A stretch of DNA of 64,000 nt from Candidatus Gottesmanbacteria bacterium (GTDB taxonomy: Bacteria > Patescibacteriota > Microgenomatia > UBA10105 > UBA927). The position numbers and the translations under genes are program-made. The stretch spans positions 2,057-66,056 of the forward strand of contig JAHFKN010000001.1 in assembly GCA_023245355.1 (NCBI GenBank), written 5' to 3'. Positions within the stretch are counted from its first letter, which is position 1. Every line of letters begins with the position of its first letter. Positions 7,656 through 17,049 of this stretch are shown piece by piece. Below the pieces are notes generated by a model that made no database searches, was not told where the DNA came from, and saw nothing but the letters and a program-made list of their open reading frames with translations.

Positions 7656-8732
7656 TTATAGGACGGGAAGCTGTTTGGAAGAGGCGGAGAGTACGTCCAC
7701 GGAGCCGTCTTTTATAAGGACAAGATCCTCGATACGGATTCCATATGAACCTTCAACATAGGCGCCCGGTTCTATGGTAACGGTCATATAAGGCAGAAGT
7801 GTTTCGGCGTGGTGTACGGTCAGTCTGGGAGCTTCATGAATATCGAGGCCTACCGAGTGCCCCAGACTGTGCGGGTACACCGGCAGGTTAGCTTCGGCAA
7901 TCACTTCGCGGGCTGCGGCATCGAGGGTGGCTCCGTTGCGCTCACCGTCCCGAAGAAGGCTCAGCGCTTTTTCGTTCGCAGAAAGCACGGCGTTGTGAGC
8001 TGCAATCCACTCGGGTTTGGGCGTACCGATAAAAGCCATCCGTGTCATATCTGCGCAGTACCCGTTTACCCTGGCTCCGAAGTCTAAAAGAACAATGTCA
8101 TTTTTCTGCAGCAGACTTTGTGTATCCGGTGCGTTGTAATAATGAGGTTGGGAGGTGTGTGGACCGAATGCGACGATCGGGGAGAAAGCGTTGCCGGCAC
8201 CGTTTGCACGGAAAAACTGCTCGATTTCCCACGCCAGGGTGTTTTCGCTTACCCCGGGGCGGATGAATTGCAGTATATGGGTGAAACACGCGTCAGTCAG
8301 CGCGGCCGCTTTCCTGATGTTGATCATTTCATCAGCGCGCTTGATCATACGCAGATTTTCTATTTTCTTTCCCGTTGGTATGAGTCGCACATGCGGAAGC
8401 GTTTGCTTCAAGTTGGACAATTCCGCGACAGTCAGATGTCGGTCTTCAAACCCCAGTTTGGATATGTGGTCGTCAGTCGTGATCGCAATGAGCGCTTCCG
8501 ACAGGGGGTGCTCCCGGCTTATTTCCGTAAACGTGAGTCGTTTTGCCTGCGTGAGGCGGCGCGCAGTCTCGGTATACAGACGGCTGGTAAAAAGTATGGT
8601 TTTATCGTGAGTCAAAAGCACGTAGGCCTCGCGTTCATGGGGTGAAACCCCCATGAATCCGGTGAGGTACCGGATATTGGAAGGATCTGTGATGAGAATT
8701 GCGCCAAGCGAGCCGAAAAACCCTTTATTCAT
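7656..8732 (-). CDS. Xaa-Pro aminopeptidase (M24B family)
   Basis: NIRYLTGF, LLDFGA..GYCADMTR, HSLGHSVGLDIHEAP, TIEPGAY, GIRIED. The true start is probably MNKGFF; the ORF-track extension overlaps the upstream gene. Confidence 0.92.
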   Translation of the reverse strand: MNKGFFGSLGAILITDPSNIRYLTGFMGVSPHEREAYVLLTHDKTILFTSRLYTETARRLTQAKRLTFTEISREHPLSEALIAITTDDHISKLGFEDRHLTVAELSNLKQTLPHVRLIPTGKKIENLRMIKRADEMINIRKAAALTDACFTHILQFIRPGVSENTLAWEIEQFFRANGAGNAFSPIVAFGPHTSQPHYYNAPDTQSLLQKNDIVLLDFGARVNGYCADMTRMAFIGTPKPEWIAAHNAVLSANEKALSLLRDGERNGATLDAAAREVIAEANLPVYPHSLGHSVGLDIHEAPRLTVHHAETLLPYMTVTIEPGAYVEGSYGIRIEDLVLIKDGSVDVLSASSKQLPVL

Positions 8733-8761
8733 TGTTGGTATCGTACCACGAAATGGGTGTG

Positions 8762-9574
8762 TTATGGGGTTTCGGCGGGCGTCGCCGTGGGTTTTGGCGT
8801 CGCCTTCACTGTCGCAGAGGGGGAAGCGTCGGGAGCGGTGGTTGTCGTAGGAGCACCTGCTGCTCCGGTAATATTGCCTAAATCCAATATTCTGGACGCG
8901 CTGATGCGGTTTTCCTTTTTGGGAACGGGAATGCCGACGATATGCACGGAGTCTCCGACCGCCAGCTTGGAAAATCCTGCCTTGGTTATGCCCGAGGCGG
9001 CGGTCCACGCAGTGGTTTTGGTAGACTTTTCGATATCAACCGTAATACTCCTGCCGTCTGCCGTATTGACGATGAGCGAAAATTCTTCGCTGTCGACATC
9101 GGCGATAACACCGGTTATGCGCGATGTCTGCACGGCGCTTTCTATAAAAATATACTGCGCTTTCAGTAAATCCAACGCTTCGTCATAGGTGCCGAATACC
9201 GTAATCGGATCTTTTACTTCCAGCTTTTCCAGATCCAGATTTACCCGTTTACCGCTTATGACCTGTGAGACGGTCACGTCGTCAGTGAGTTCGATTTTGA
9301 TGTCTTTTGTTTTTGTCTCTACAGTGGCTGAGGTAAGCGAAATTGTTTTTACCGTACCGAACATTGCGCGTTTGACGACGGACCTGAGTTCCGCAACTTT
9401 GGTAGCCAGCCGGACTTTAAGTTCCTCAAGCTGCGCACTTGCCGTTGATGTGTTTGCGGCTTTGGGAGTCGCTGAAGGAGTCGAAATTGCAGCAAATGCG
9501 GGTGTTGTCAGCATGGATACTATGCCGATACATGCGATACACAATGCAATGCGGTGCGATGTTTGTATGTTCAT
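8762..9574 (-). CDS. Secreted hypothetical protein (repeated OB-like beta domains, Pro/Thr-rich tail)
   Basis: Signal peptide ending AFA, two similar beta-rich units, low-complexity PT/AT tail. Confidence 0.7.
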   Translation of the reverse strand: MNIQTSHRIALCIACIGIVSMLTTPAFAAISTPSATPKAANTSTASAQLEELKVRLATKVAELRSVVKRAMFGTVKTISLTSATVETKTKDIKIELTDDVTVSQVISGKRVNLDLEKLEVKDPITVFGTYDEALDLLKAQYIFIESAVQTSRITGVIADVDSEEFSLIVNTADGRSITVDIEKSTKTTAWTAASGITKAGFSKLAVGDSVHIVGIPVPKKENRISASRILDLGNITGAAGAPTTTTAPDASPSATVKATPKPTATPAETP

Positions 9575-9577
9575 GTG

Positions 9578-10033
9578 TTAAAAATCCTCCGGTGTGTAAT
9601 AGACGATGACTGACTGCGTCTGTATGTTTCCTTTTGAATAACTCGTGACGATAAGTTCATTTTTTCCTTCTCCCAGGGAAATTTTGCCGGCAAATGCGCC
9701 TTCTGCGTTAGCCACGACGACGTTTTCGGTGCTTTCTCCCTCAAGAACTATCGTCGCATTCGGCGGTGCGGAGCCGGAAACCAGCGATTCGTTTTTTCCC
9801 TCTATTGCTTCCGGTAACGGGCTTTGGATTGTTAAAACTTCATTCGGTTTCGGTGTGGGGGACGGCTTCGGACCGCTTTTTTGCGAAGTAAATTTGGAAA
9901 TCAGCGACGAGAAATCAGGCATGTGAATCGGCGGAAGATTTTTAAACACCGACGGACCCAAAAAAACAAGCGCGGCAATTACGAGTCCGACTCCGAATCC
10001 GATAACAGTAGCTAGAAGCGCGTCTTTATTCAT
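9578..10033 (-). CDS. Membrane-anchored hypothetical protein with an Ig-like C-terminal domain
   Basis: N-terminal TM helix, PSPTPKP linker, G.F...I.L.EG.N.L.V pattern. Confidence 0.7.
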   Translation of the reverse strand: MNKDALLATVIGFGVGLVIAALVFLGPSVFKNLPPIHMPDFSSLISKFTSQKSGPKPSPTPKPNEVLTIQSPLPEAIEGKNESLVSGSAPPNATIVLEGESTENVVVANAEGAFAGKISLGEGKNELIVTSYSKGNIQTQSVIVYYTPEDF

Positions 10034-10154
10034 ATACAGAAATTGGAACAGTACACGTAATTATACCGTACGTACCGGGGCAGGGAAACCCTAAGCTTAT
10101 AGCGTAGGGGGTTGTTGCTTAGGATACTTAAATCTGATATAAAATGCAACTACT

Positions 10155-10790
10155 ATGGAAATACTTCCCCTGGGTCATGCATCATTTAAACTCCGCGGTA
10201 AGTTCGCTACCGTCGTAACGGATCCGTATGATGAAAAAGAAATGGGTATCAAATACCCCAAACACATCGAAGCAGATATCCTGACGATTTCCCATAATCA
10301 CTTTGATCACAACGCGAAAGGCCTTATAGGGGGCTCTCCGTTTGTCGTTGAGGGAGCAGGAGAGTACGAAATCAAAGGCGTATCCGTCATCGGTGTCGGG
10401 TCGTTTCATGATGATAAAAACGGAGAAGAGCGCGGAAAAAACACGATGTACAGGATAGAAATAGACGGAATCCGGCTGCTGCATTTAGGTGATTTAGGAC
10501 ACGTGTTGTCATCTGCGCAGGTAGATGTGGTGGACGGCGTGGACGTGCTATTTATCCCGGTCGGAGGCGTATATACGATTGATGCGGAAAAGGCAGCACA
10601 GGTTATTTCCGACATAGAGCCGCGTATTGTCATTCCGATGCACTACGGAACCGATACGTACAACAAGAGTCTTGCTCCCGTATCCGTATTTCTGAAACAA
10701 ATGGGCAAGGAATCCGTTACTCCGGGAGCGAAATTAACGATCAGCCGCGATAAACTACCTGCCGAGATGCAAGTCGTCGTACTTGAGTAA
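10155..10790 (+). CDS. MBL-fold metallo-hydrolase
   Basis: LGHASF, SHNHFDHN, HLGDLGH, IPMHY. Confidence 0.88.
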   Translation: MEILPLGHASFKLRGKFATVVTDPYDEKEMGIKYPKHIEADILTISHNHFDHNAKGLIGGSPFVVEGAGEYEIKGVSVIGVGSFHDDKNGEERGKNTMYRIEIDGIRLLHLGDLGHVLSSAQVDVVDGVDVLFIPVGGVYTIDAEKAAQVISDIEPRIVIPMHYGTDTYNKSLAPVSVFLKQMGKESVTPGAKLTISRDKLPAEMQVVVLE

Positions 10791-10793
10791 ACC

Positions 10794-12143
10794 ATGACGA
10801 GCCCCAAAGTTCCTCCGCACGACAATGTCGCCGAACAGTCGGTGTTGGGCGCTGTTCTCATCGATAAAGATACCATGGTTGATGTCGCGGAATTTTTACG
10901 TCCGCATCATTTTTACGCGCCGATTCATGGAATGATTTTTGAGGCGATGCTCGAATTGTATGAGGCGCATGAACCGATAGACGTCGTGACACTGTCTGCC
11001 CAGCTTAAGAAAAAAGGAACACTCAAGGATGTCGGGGGAGCAGCGTATTTATCGGATCTCGTAAACGTCGTCCCCACAAGCGCCCATGCCGAGCAATATG
11101 CGCGCATCATTACGGAACACGCCACGAAACGGCGGTTGGTAGAAGCGGCAGCCAAAATTACCGAGATGGCATTCCGGGATGAAGGCGGATCGGAATCCAT
11201 CGTTAATGACGCGGAAATGGAAATTTTTGCCATTGCCCAGTCGACCACCCGGCGAGATTTTTTGCCGATTAAAGACGCGCTCGCCGCATCGTTTGACCGT
11301 CTCGATGAACTGCATAAGCGGGCGGGAGGTTTGCGCGGCGTGCCGACAGGATTTAATGAAGTGGATACTAAACTGGCCGGCATGCAGGATGCAAACCTTA
11401 TTATTCTCGCCGCACGTCCGGGAACCGGCAAAACAGCCATGATATTAAACATCGCACAGCACGTGACGGTAAAAGAAAAAATTCCGACCGGCATATTTTC
11501 TCTTGAAATGAGCAAGGAAGAACTGGTCGACCGGTTGCTCGTTTCTCAGGCGGACATCGACGCTTGGAGGCTTAAGACCGGCAAACTGACGGACGACGAT
11601 TTCACCAAGTTGTCCGACGCGATGGGCGAACTCGCCGAAGCGCCGCTGTTTATCGATGATACACCGGGTATGAATATCATCGAGATGCGTACGAAAGCCA
11701 GGCGGCTCCAGGTAGAGCACGGTGTAAAGCTTATCATCGTCGATTACCTGCAGCTATGCGACCCGGGCCGGAAATTTGATAACCGTGTCCAGGAGGTGTC
11801 TATTATTTCCCAAAGTCTTAAAAATCTGGCCCGCGAATTACGGATTCCGGTCCTTGCCTGTTCACAACTTTCCCGGGCGGTCGAAACCCGCGGCACCAGA
11901 GTGCCGGAGCTGTCGGATTTGCGTGAGTCCGGATCCATTGAGCAGGACGCTGACGTTGTTATGTTTTTGTACCGGGAAGAGGCGGATCAGGCGATGTGGG
12001 GGGATCAGATTCAGACGAAACTCAGGATCGCCAAACACCGTAACGGACCTCTTGGGGAAATCGACCTTATATTCCGCGGAGACCGCATCCGGTTTTATTC
12101 CGTGGAACACAAGCATACCGACGCCCCTCCTGCTGTCCACTAG
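10794..12143 (+). CDS. dnaB: Replicative DNA helicase
   Basis: PPH..AEQSVLG, AARPGTGKT, FSLEMS, IVDYLQL, SQLSR, DLRESGSIEQDAD, IAKHRNGP. No intein. Confidence 0.98.
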   Translation: MTSPKVPPHDNVAEQSVLGAVLIDKDTMVDVAEFLRPHHFYAPIHGMIFEAMLELYEAHEPIDVVTLSAQLKKKGTLKDVGGAAYLSDLVNVVPTSAHAEQYARIITEHATKRRLVEAAAKITEMAFRDEGGSESIVNDAEMEIFAIAQSTTRRDFLPIKDALAASFDRLDELHKRAGGLRGVPTGFNEVDTKLAGMQDANLIILAARPGTGKTAMILNIAQHVTVKEKIPTGIFSLEMSKEELVDRLLVSQADIDAWRLKTGKLTDDDFTKLSDAMGELAEAPLFIDDTPGMNIIEMRTKARRLQVEHGVKLIIVDYLQLCDPGRKFDNRVQEVSIISQSLKNLARELRIPVLACSQLSRAVETRGTRVPELSDLRESGSIEQDADVVMFLYREEADQAMWGDQIQTKLRIAKHRNGPLGEIDLIFRGDRIRFYSVEHKHTDAPPAVH

Positions 12144-12188
12144 CCGTATTCCGCTTGCTGCCTCATTTGCGTTATAATACGTTCTGTT

Positions 12189-12276
12189 GCCGAGGTGGCG
12201 GAATGGCAGACGCTCAGGTCTCAAAAACCTGTGAGGTTAACCCCTCGTGGAGGTTCGACTCCTCTCCTCGGCACCA
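12189..12276 (+). tRNA. tRNA-Leu(CAA)
   Basis: GCCGAGG...CAGGT-CT-CAA-AA-ACCTG, long variable arm, GGTTCGACTCC, CCTCGGC-A-CCA. Confidence 0.95.
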
Positions 12277-12306
12277 CATGCGGGGGTATGGTATAGTGAA
12301 ACACAT

Positions 12307-13260
12307 ATGAAACTTTCCAAACTCTATTCACTGGCAGTAACGATGGGTATCGAAGCGGATCCGCGCGGGAAAGACGGTATCAAAAACCTGCTTTTGCGCC
12401 GCAAAAAAGAATTCGACGAACTCCCCAAATCCAAACGCGCGGAGTATGACGAAGAAGATCTGGTTAATCCGTACTCGGATTCGCGTATTTTCTGGGGTTC
12501 TCCTGATTTGGACGTCGATTCCATTATGGCAGGTATCGATATCAATGCCGCAGAAGTGCTGCTTGCCGACCGTCTGAACCAAAAAGGAGAGAGTATCGAT
12601 CTGCTGCTGACCCATCATCCCGAAGGCGCATCGCTTGCATCACTTCATGAAGTTATGGAAGTTCAGGCGGATATTTGGGCCAAATACGGTGTTCCGATAA
12701 ATATTGCCGAGGGCGTCATGCGGGAACGTATTCATGAAGTGCAGCGGAGATTTTCACCTGTCAATCACGCGGAAGCCATCGATGCGGCCAAACTGCTCGG
12801 GTTGGCATTTATGGGAATGCACACGGTGACGGATAATCTCGTGCATCAGTATATGGAACGCCTTTTTGAGAAGCATGTTCCCGAAACTGTCGGGGATGTC
12901 ATGGATATGTTAAAACGCGAGCCGGAGTATAAAGAAGCGATGAAAGGAAAAGCAGGTCCTATGATATTTGCCGGAGACGCAAAAAACAGAGCCGGAAAAG
13001 TTGCCCCCATTGAATTTACCGGAGGAACGGAGCCGTCCCATATTATTTACGAAAAGCTTGCCATGGCAGGAGTGGGAACCGTTATCGGCATGCATGCGGG
13101 CGAGGAGCACCGGAAAGAAGCACTCAAATACCATATTAACCTCGTGATAGCCGGGCACATGAGTTCGGACAGTCTGGGGATGAATTTATTGCTCGATGCG
13201 TTTCAAAAGCAGGGAATTAAAATTCTTCCGTGTTCCGGACTGATCCGCGTCCCCAGATAA
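12307..13260 (+). CDS. NIF3/NGG1p-interacting-factor-like dinuclear metal protein
   Basis: NPYSDSR, AGIDI, LTHHPEG, HTVTDN, AGHMSSDSLGMN. Start at MKLSK, after the tRNA. Confidence 0.75.
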   Translation: MKLSKLYSLAVTMGIEADPRGKDGIKNLLLRRKKEFDELPKSKRAEYDEEDLVNPYSDSRIFWGSPDLDVDSIMAGIDINAAEVLLADRLNQKGESIDLLLTHHPEGASLASLHEVMEVQADIWAKYGVPINIAEGVMRERIHEVQRRFSPVNHAEAIDAAKLLGLAFMGMHTVTDNLVHQYMERLFEKHVPETVGDVMDMLKREPEYKEAMKGKAGPMIFAGDAKNRAGKVAPIEFTGGTEPSHIIYEKLAMAGVGTVIGMHAGEEHRKEALKYHINLVIAGHMSSDSLGMNLLLDAFQKQGIKILPCSGLIRVPR

Positions 13261-13302
13261 GCTACGAATATTTCCGCCCGGGAATGCCGGCTTTTTTCGT
13301 TG

Positions 13303-13776
13303 TTACGAAAGAATAAATAAGAAGAATGCAACGGTTGCAACCTGCGTAATCATTCCAAGCGGCAGTTGTGCTTTCGCATGGAATATGTTCGGAAGTTTAT
13401 AGAATGCATACGTAAACCGCTCCAGGAATCCTGCGTTTTTGGACGGTTCGTGTTTTTTCTGATTAGCGTAGAAGATATACCACGGGGTTTCCAGCCAGTC
13501 CGGCATGATGCCGAACGCGACGGTAACTGCCCAAAGGGTAAACGGCAAATGCTGCCCGAAAAAATAATAGGAAAGCCCTATTCCGAACACTGTCTCCGTG
13601 ATGGCAAACACGCCGGTCGTATATTTGGGACGGTTTCTCCAGTTCGTACCGAAATCCCAATGGGGTATGCTGTCCATGACGTAGTGGGAGGTGAGTGCGA
13701 GAAGGGAAGCCGTACCGGGGTCGGAAAAACGTGATGCGATAGCTCCGGAAACGAGGGCGTGTGCGGCGGCAGTCAT
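13303..13776 (-). CDS. Membrane protein, putative metal-dependent hydrolase
   Basis: H..SH...D..PH and PD motifs within hydrophobic helices. Confidence 0.6.
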   Translation of the reverse strand: MTAAAHALVSGAIASRFSDPGTASLLALTSHYVMDSIPHWDFGTNWRNRPKYTTGVFAITETVFGIGLSYYFFGQHLPFTLWAVTVAFGIMPDWLETPWYIFYANQKKHEPSKNAGFLERFTYAFYKLPNIFHAKAQLPLGMITQVATVAFFLFILS

Positions 13777-13829
13777 GGTTCTATTGTATGATAAGATGGT
13801 TGGTGTTGCAAAGTTTCAGCCTAAAACAT

Positions 13830-15146
13830 ATGAAAGTTACCCACCTTACGAAAAAAATGGATCCGGTGCTGGAAGTGCTTTCTAACGGATTGTTCCGCAG
13901 GTTATGGATCGGTCAGATGACAAGCCAGCTTGCTGGCAACATGCTTATTTTTTTGTTAGCGCTTCTTATGTACCGGAAAACAGGGAGTAACGTTGCGGTG
14001 TCCGGATTGTTCCTGGCGTACGGGCTTCCGTCGTTATTGTTCGGGGTTATAGCAGGCACTATCGTTGACCGTCTGGACCGCCGCGCCGTGCTGCTTGTAG
14101 CCCATGCGTCACGCGCACTGCTGGTATTTGCAGTATTAGCCCTCAATGAGCGGATTTCCGCGGTGTACCTGATCGTTTTTCTTTACGCGGTGATCAATCA
14201 GCTTACGATGCCTTCCGAAGTTCCCCTGATTCCGCAATTCGTGCCGAAAAGTCATCTTGTATCAGCGAACAGTCTTTTTTCATTTACTTTTTACAGCAGT
14301 ATGGCGATCGGGCTTATTTCAGCAGGTCCCGTACTCCGGTGGCTCGGACGGGACGGCGCGCATATACTGATTTTTGCTCTGTTTCTTGTGGCGGCAATTT
14401 CCGTATTCGGTATCCCCCCGCAGGGGGAGGGGATTAAGTCCCTTAAACGTATATTTCATTATGATTTCTTTTACATCCTGAAACGATTCTTAGCAAATAT
14501 GCAGATGGGAATCCAGTATGTTGCCAAATCGCCGGTGTTACGGGATGCGGTCGTGCTGCTTACAGGTACACAGATTATGCTGGTGCTGCTGGGGACATTG
14601 GGGCCGGGATTTGCCGATACGGTGCTCCGCATTGACGTGCGGGACGCGTCGCTTCTGATTGTCGGCCCCACGATTTTCGGAATATTAAGCGGCACGGTAT
14701 GGGTCGGGAACCGCGGGTACCGGTATCCGTCTTCCAGACTCATGAATATCGGCGTGTTGTCTGCGGGTATCATCCTGATAACCACGTCGCTCCTGTTCGG
14801 GGCTGCAAATACCCTGTGGTTTTCGCTTGTTCCGCGGCCGCTTGTTTTGTCTATGGCACTGGGATTGTTTTTTATGCTGGGAGTAGCAAACAGTCTGCTG
14901 GATGTCCCGTCCAATACCATTTTGCAGAAAGAAGCCGAAGGGGATATGAGAGGAAGGGTCTACGGAATACTGTCTGCGTCCGTAGGCGGGGCAGGCATTC
15001 TGCCTGTCGTCGTAAGCGGTGTATTGGCGGATTTAATCGGCGTCGGACAGGTTATTTTTTTGTTGGGACTCGTGGTAACATTGTATGGGTTCTACCGGTG
15101 GACCGTGAACCGGCATATACCCGTTTCTGAGACGCATACCATATGA
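13830..15146 (+). CDS. MFS transporter
   Basis: About 12 TM helices, GTIVDRLDRR motif A, GRVYG. Confidence 0.88.
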   Translation: MKVTHLTKKMDPVLEVLSNGLFRRLWIGQMTSQLAGNMLIFLLALLMYRKTGSNVAVSGLFLAYGLPSLLFGVIAGTIVDRLDRRAVLLVAHASRALLVFAVLALNERISAVYLIVFLYAVINQLTMPSEVPLIPQFVPKSHLVSANSLFSFTFYSSMAIGLISAGPVLRWLGRDGAHILIFALFLVAAISVFGIPPQGEGIKSLKRIFHYDFFYILKRFLANMQMGIQYVAKSPVLRDAVVLLTGTQIMLVLLGTLGPGFADTVLRIDVRDASLLIVGPTIFGILSGTVWVGNRGYRYPSSRLMNIGVLSAGIILITTSLLFGAANTLWFSLVPRPLVLSMALGLFFMLGVANSLLDVPSNTILQKEAEGDMRGRVYGILSASVGGAGILPVVVSGVLADLIGVGQVIFLLGLVVTLYGFYRWTVNRHIPVSETHTI

Positions 15147-15187
15147 TACCGGCTCTTATTCCCATCGATCATGGAGGAATTGTCGTC

Positions 15188-15985
15188 ATGAACAGCGTTA
15201 TCGTGCTGGCATGGCTTTCGTTTTCGTTCCTGTTCTGGCGGGGGTTGCGCGCCGTCGCTGTCGAAGAAGACAGGATTTTTGATCTGACGTTTTATATGAC
15301 GCTTGTCGCGTTTGTCGCCGCCCGGTTCGGGTTTGTGCTCACACATTGGGAACTATTTTCCGGTAAATCACCGCTTCTTATTGTCGCATTATGGGTGTCT
15401 CCAGGATTATCCTGGCTCGCAGCGTTAGTGGGCGGGCTGGCTGCGTGTGTCGCGTTGAGCCGTCAGTATAAAGTGCGGCTGGGATTGGTGCTGGATACCC
15501 TTTCTGCGGCGTTACCGCTGCCGATTATTCTCGGAGAGGCGGGTTCGCTGATTACCGGTGCCGAACTCGGGGTCGCCTCCGGGCTTCCGTGGGCGCTACG
15601 CATAGGCACAGACGGGATTACCCGCCATCCGATACAGCTGTATGAAATGATAGGGCTAATTATAGTGAGCATTATCATGCTCCGTCTGAATGTACGATCC
15701 GTCAGGAATAAATGGCCGTACGGGATAACCGGAATCTGGTTTTTCCTTTTGTATGCGACAACCGCGTTCCTCCTTGAGTTTGCTAAAGATGCTCGTGTAT
15801 ACTGGAGTACGCTTAGCGCCAATCAATGGGTGTTGATTGGCATTTTTGCTGAATGTGTTGGAGTGCTCTATGTACGGGGCGGCGGCAGGGAACATCTGCG
15901 GCCATTTGCACACAGATTATTAAAATTTTTGGAAGAGAAAGGAAAGAAGTTGCATGAATCAATTTCCCGCCGACACACTGATTGA
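15188..15985 (+). CDS. lgt: Prolipoprotein diacylglyceryl transferase-like membrane protein
   Basis: ARFGFV, G..LPW, RHPIQLYE motifs. GGAGG RBS before ATG 15188. Confidence 0.65.
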   Translation: MNSVIVLAWLSFSFLFWRGLRAVAVEEDRIFDLTFYMTLVAFVAARFGFVLTHWELFSGKSPLLIVALWVSPGLSWLAALVGGLAACVALSRQYKVRLGLVLDTLSAALPLPIILGEAGSLITGAELGVASGLPWALRIGTDGITRHPIQLYEMIGLIIVSIIMLRLNVRSVRNKWPYGITGIWFFLLYATTAFLLEFAKDARVYWSTLSANQWVLIGIFAECVGVLYVRGGGREHLRPFAHRLLKFLEEKGKKLHESISRRHTD

Positions 15986-16316
15986 TATCCGAAAACATCT
16001 TGAAGAAGAGAAGGCCAGACTTCTGGCGCGAATTTCCGAACTTACGGTTCAGGATCCGTTCAGCGATCCGGACAGAACGAGTGACAATGCCGCAAGCGAT
16101 ACGGAGGCCAGTGAAGAAAGTAATCATGACCGTGTGTCTGCACTGGTCAATGAGCTGAAAACACAGGCAGCAGAAGTAGAAGCCGCCTTATCCAAAATAC
16201 AGGACGGTACATACGGATTCTGCGTCGAGTGCGGAAAGATGATCGATACCGACCGCCTGGCCATACATCCGACAGCTACCATGTGTTTGTCCTGCGAGTC
16301 GAAGAAGAAAAAGTAG
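15954..16316 (+). CDS. TraR/DksA C4-type zinc-finger protein
   Basis: AL.KI.DGTYGFCVECG..I...RL...P.A..CLSC. Confidence 0.9.
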   Translation: MNQFPADTLIDIRKHLEEEKARLLARISELTVQDPFSDPDRTSDNAASDTEASEESNHDRVSALVNELKTQAAEVEAALSKIQDGTYGFCVECGKMIDTDRLAIHPTATMCLSCESKKKK

Positions 16317-16323
16317 GCGCAAG

Positions 16324-17031
16324 ATGGATATCCCCATACTTTACGAAGACGAACATGTATTCGTCATTAACAAACCTCCGGGTATTGTCGTCAACCGCGC
16401 GGAATCAGTAAAAGAGGAGACCGTGCAGGATTGGGCAGCCCCCAAAGTCTTACGGGACGGATTTGTTCCGTCTACTGATGATGAAAAAGTGTTTGTTGAA
16501 CGCGCAGGGATCGTGCACCGGATAGACAAAGAAACATCCGGCTGTCTTATCATTGCCAAAACCGTTACGGCATTTACCGATATACAGCGGCAGTTTAAAG
16601 AGCGCATTGTCAAAAAAACATATCTTGCGATTGTGCACGGCCATCTCGTGCCGGAGTCAGGGGAGATACGGGCCCCGGTCGGCCGTCTTCCGTGGAACCG
16701 CGAACGGTTCGGGATTCTTCCCGGAGGCAAGGACGCAGTGACCAAATATACCGTTATGCGTACGGGAAATTCACACAAAACCGATATTTCATTGGTTGCC
16801 CTTTATCCCGAAACGGGGCGCACCCATCAGATTCGGGTGCACGTAAAGTACATCAATCATCCGATTATCGGGGATTGGCAATACGCCGGACGCAAAACGG
16901 CACGCGCAGACAGGGTTTGGGCGCCCCGCGTGATGCTGCATGCGTGGAAGGTCGCGTTTATGCATCCTGCCAATCATACGGAACTTGCAATTGAAGCTCC
17001 CGTACCGGATGATATGAAGAGTATCATCTGA
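16324..17031 (+). CDS. RluA/RluD-family pseudouridine synthase
   Basis: INKPPG, VHRIDKETSG, TGRTHQIRVH, HPIIGD, LHA. Confidence 0.95.
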   Translation: MDIPILYEDEHVFVINKPPGIVVNRAESVKEETVQDWAAPKVLRDGFVPSTDDEKVFVERAGIVHRIDKETSGCLIIAKTVTAFTDIQRQFKERIVKKTYLAIVHGHLVPESGEIRAPVGRLPWNRERFGILPGGKDAVTKYTVMRTGNSHKTDISLVALYPETGRTHQIRVHVKYINHPIIGDWQYAGRKTARADRVWAPRVMLHAWKVAFMHPANHTELAIEAPVPDDMKSII

Positions 17032-17049
17032 AAATACGGAGAGCCCGGG

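Noticed and set aside
7254-7717. ORFs 7254-7532 and 7397-7717, or a His-rich leader-peptide attenuator
   Set aside because: They overlap the tRNA-His gene and the T-box and contain no His-codon run.
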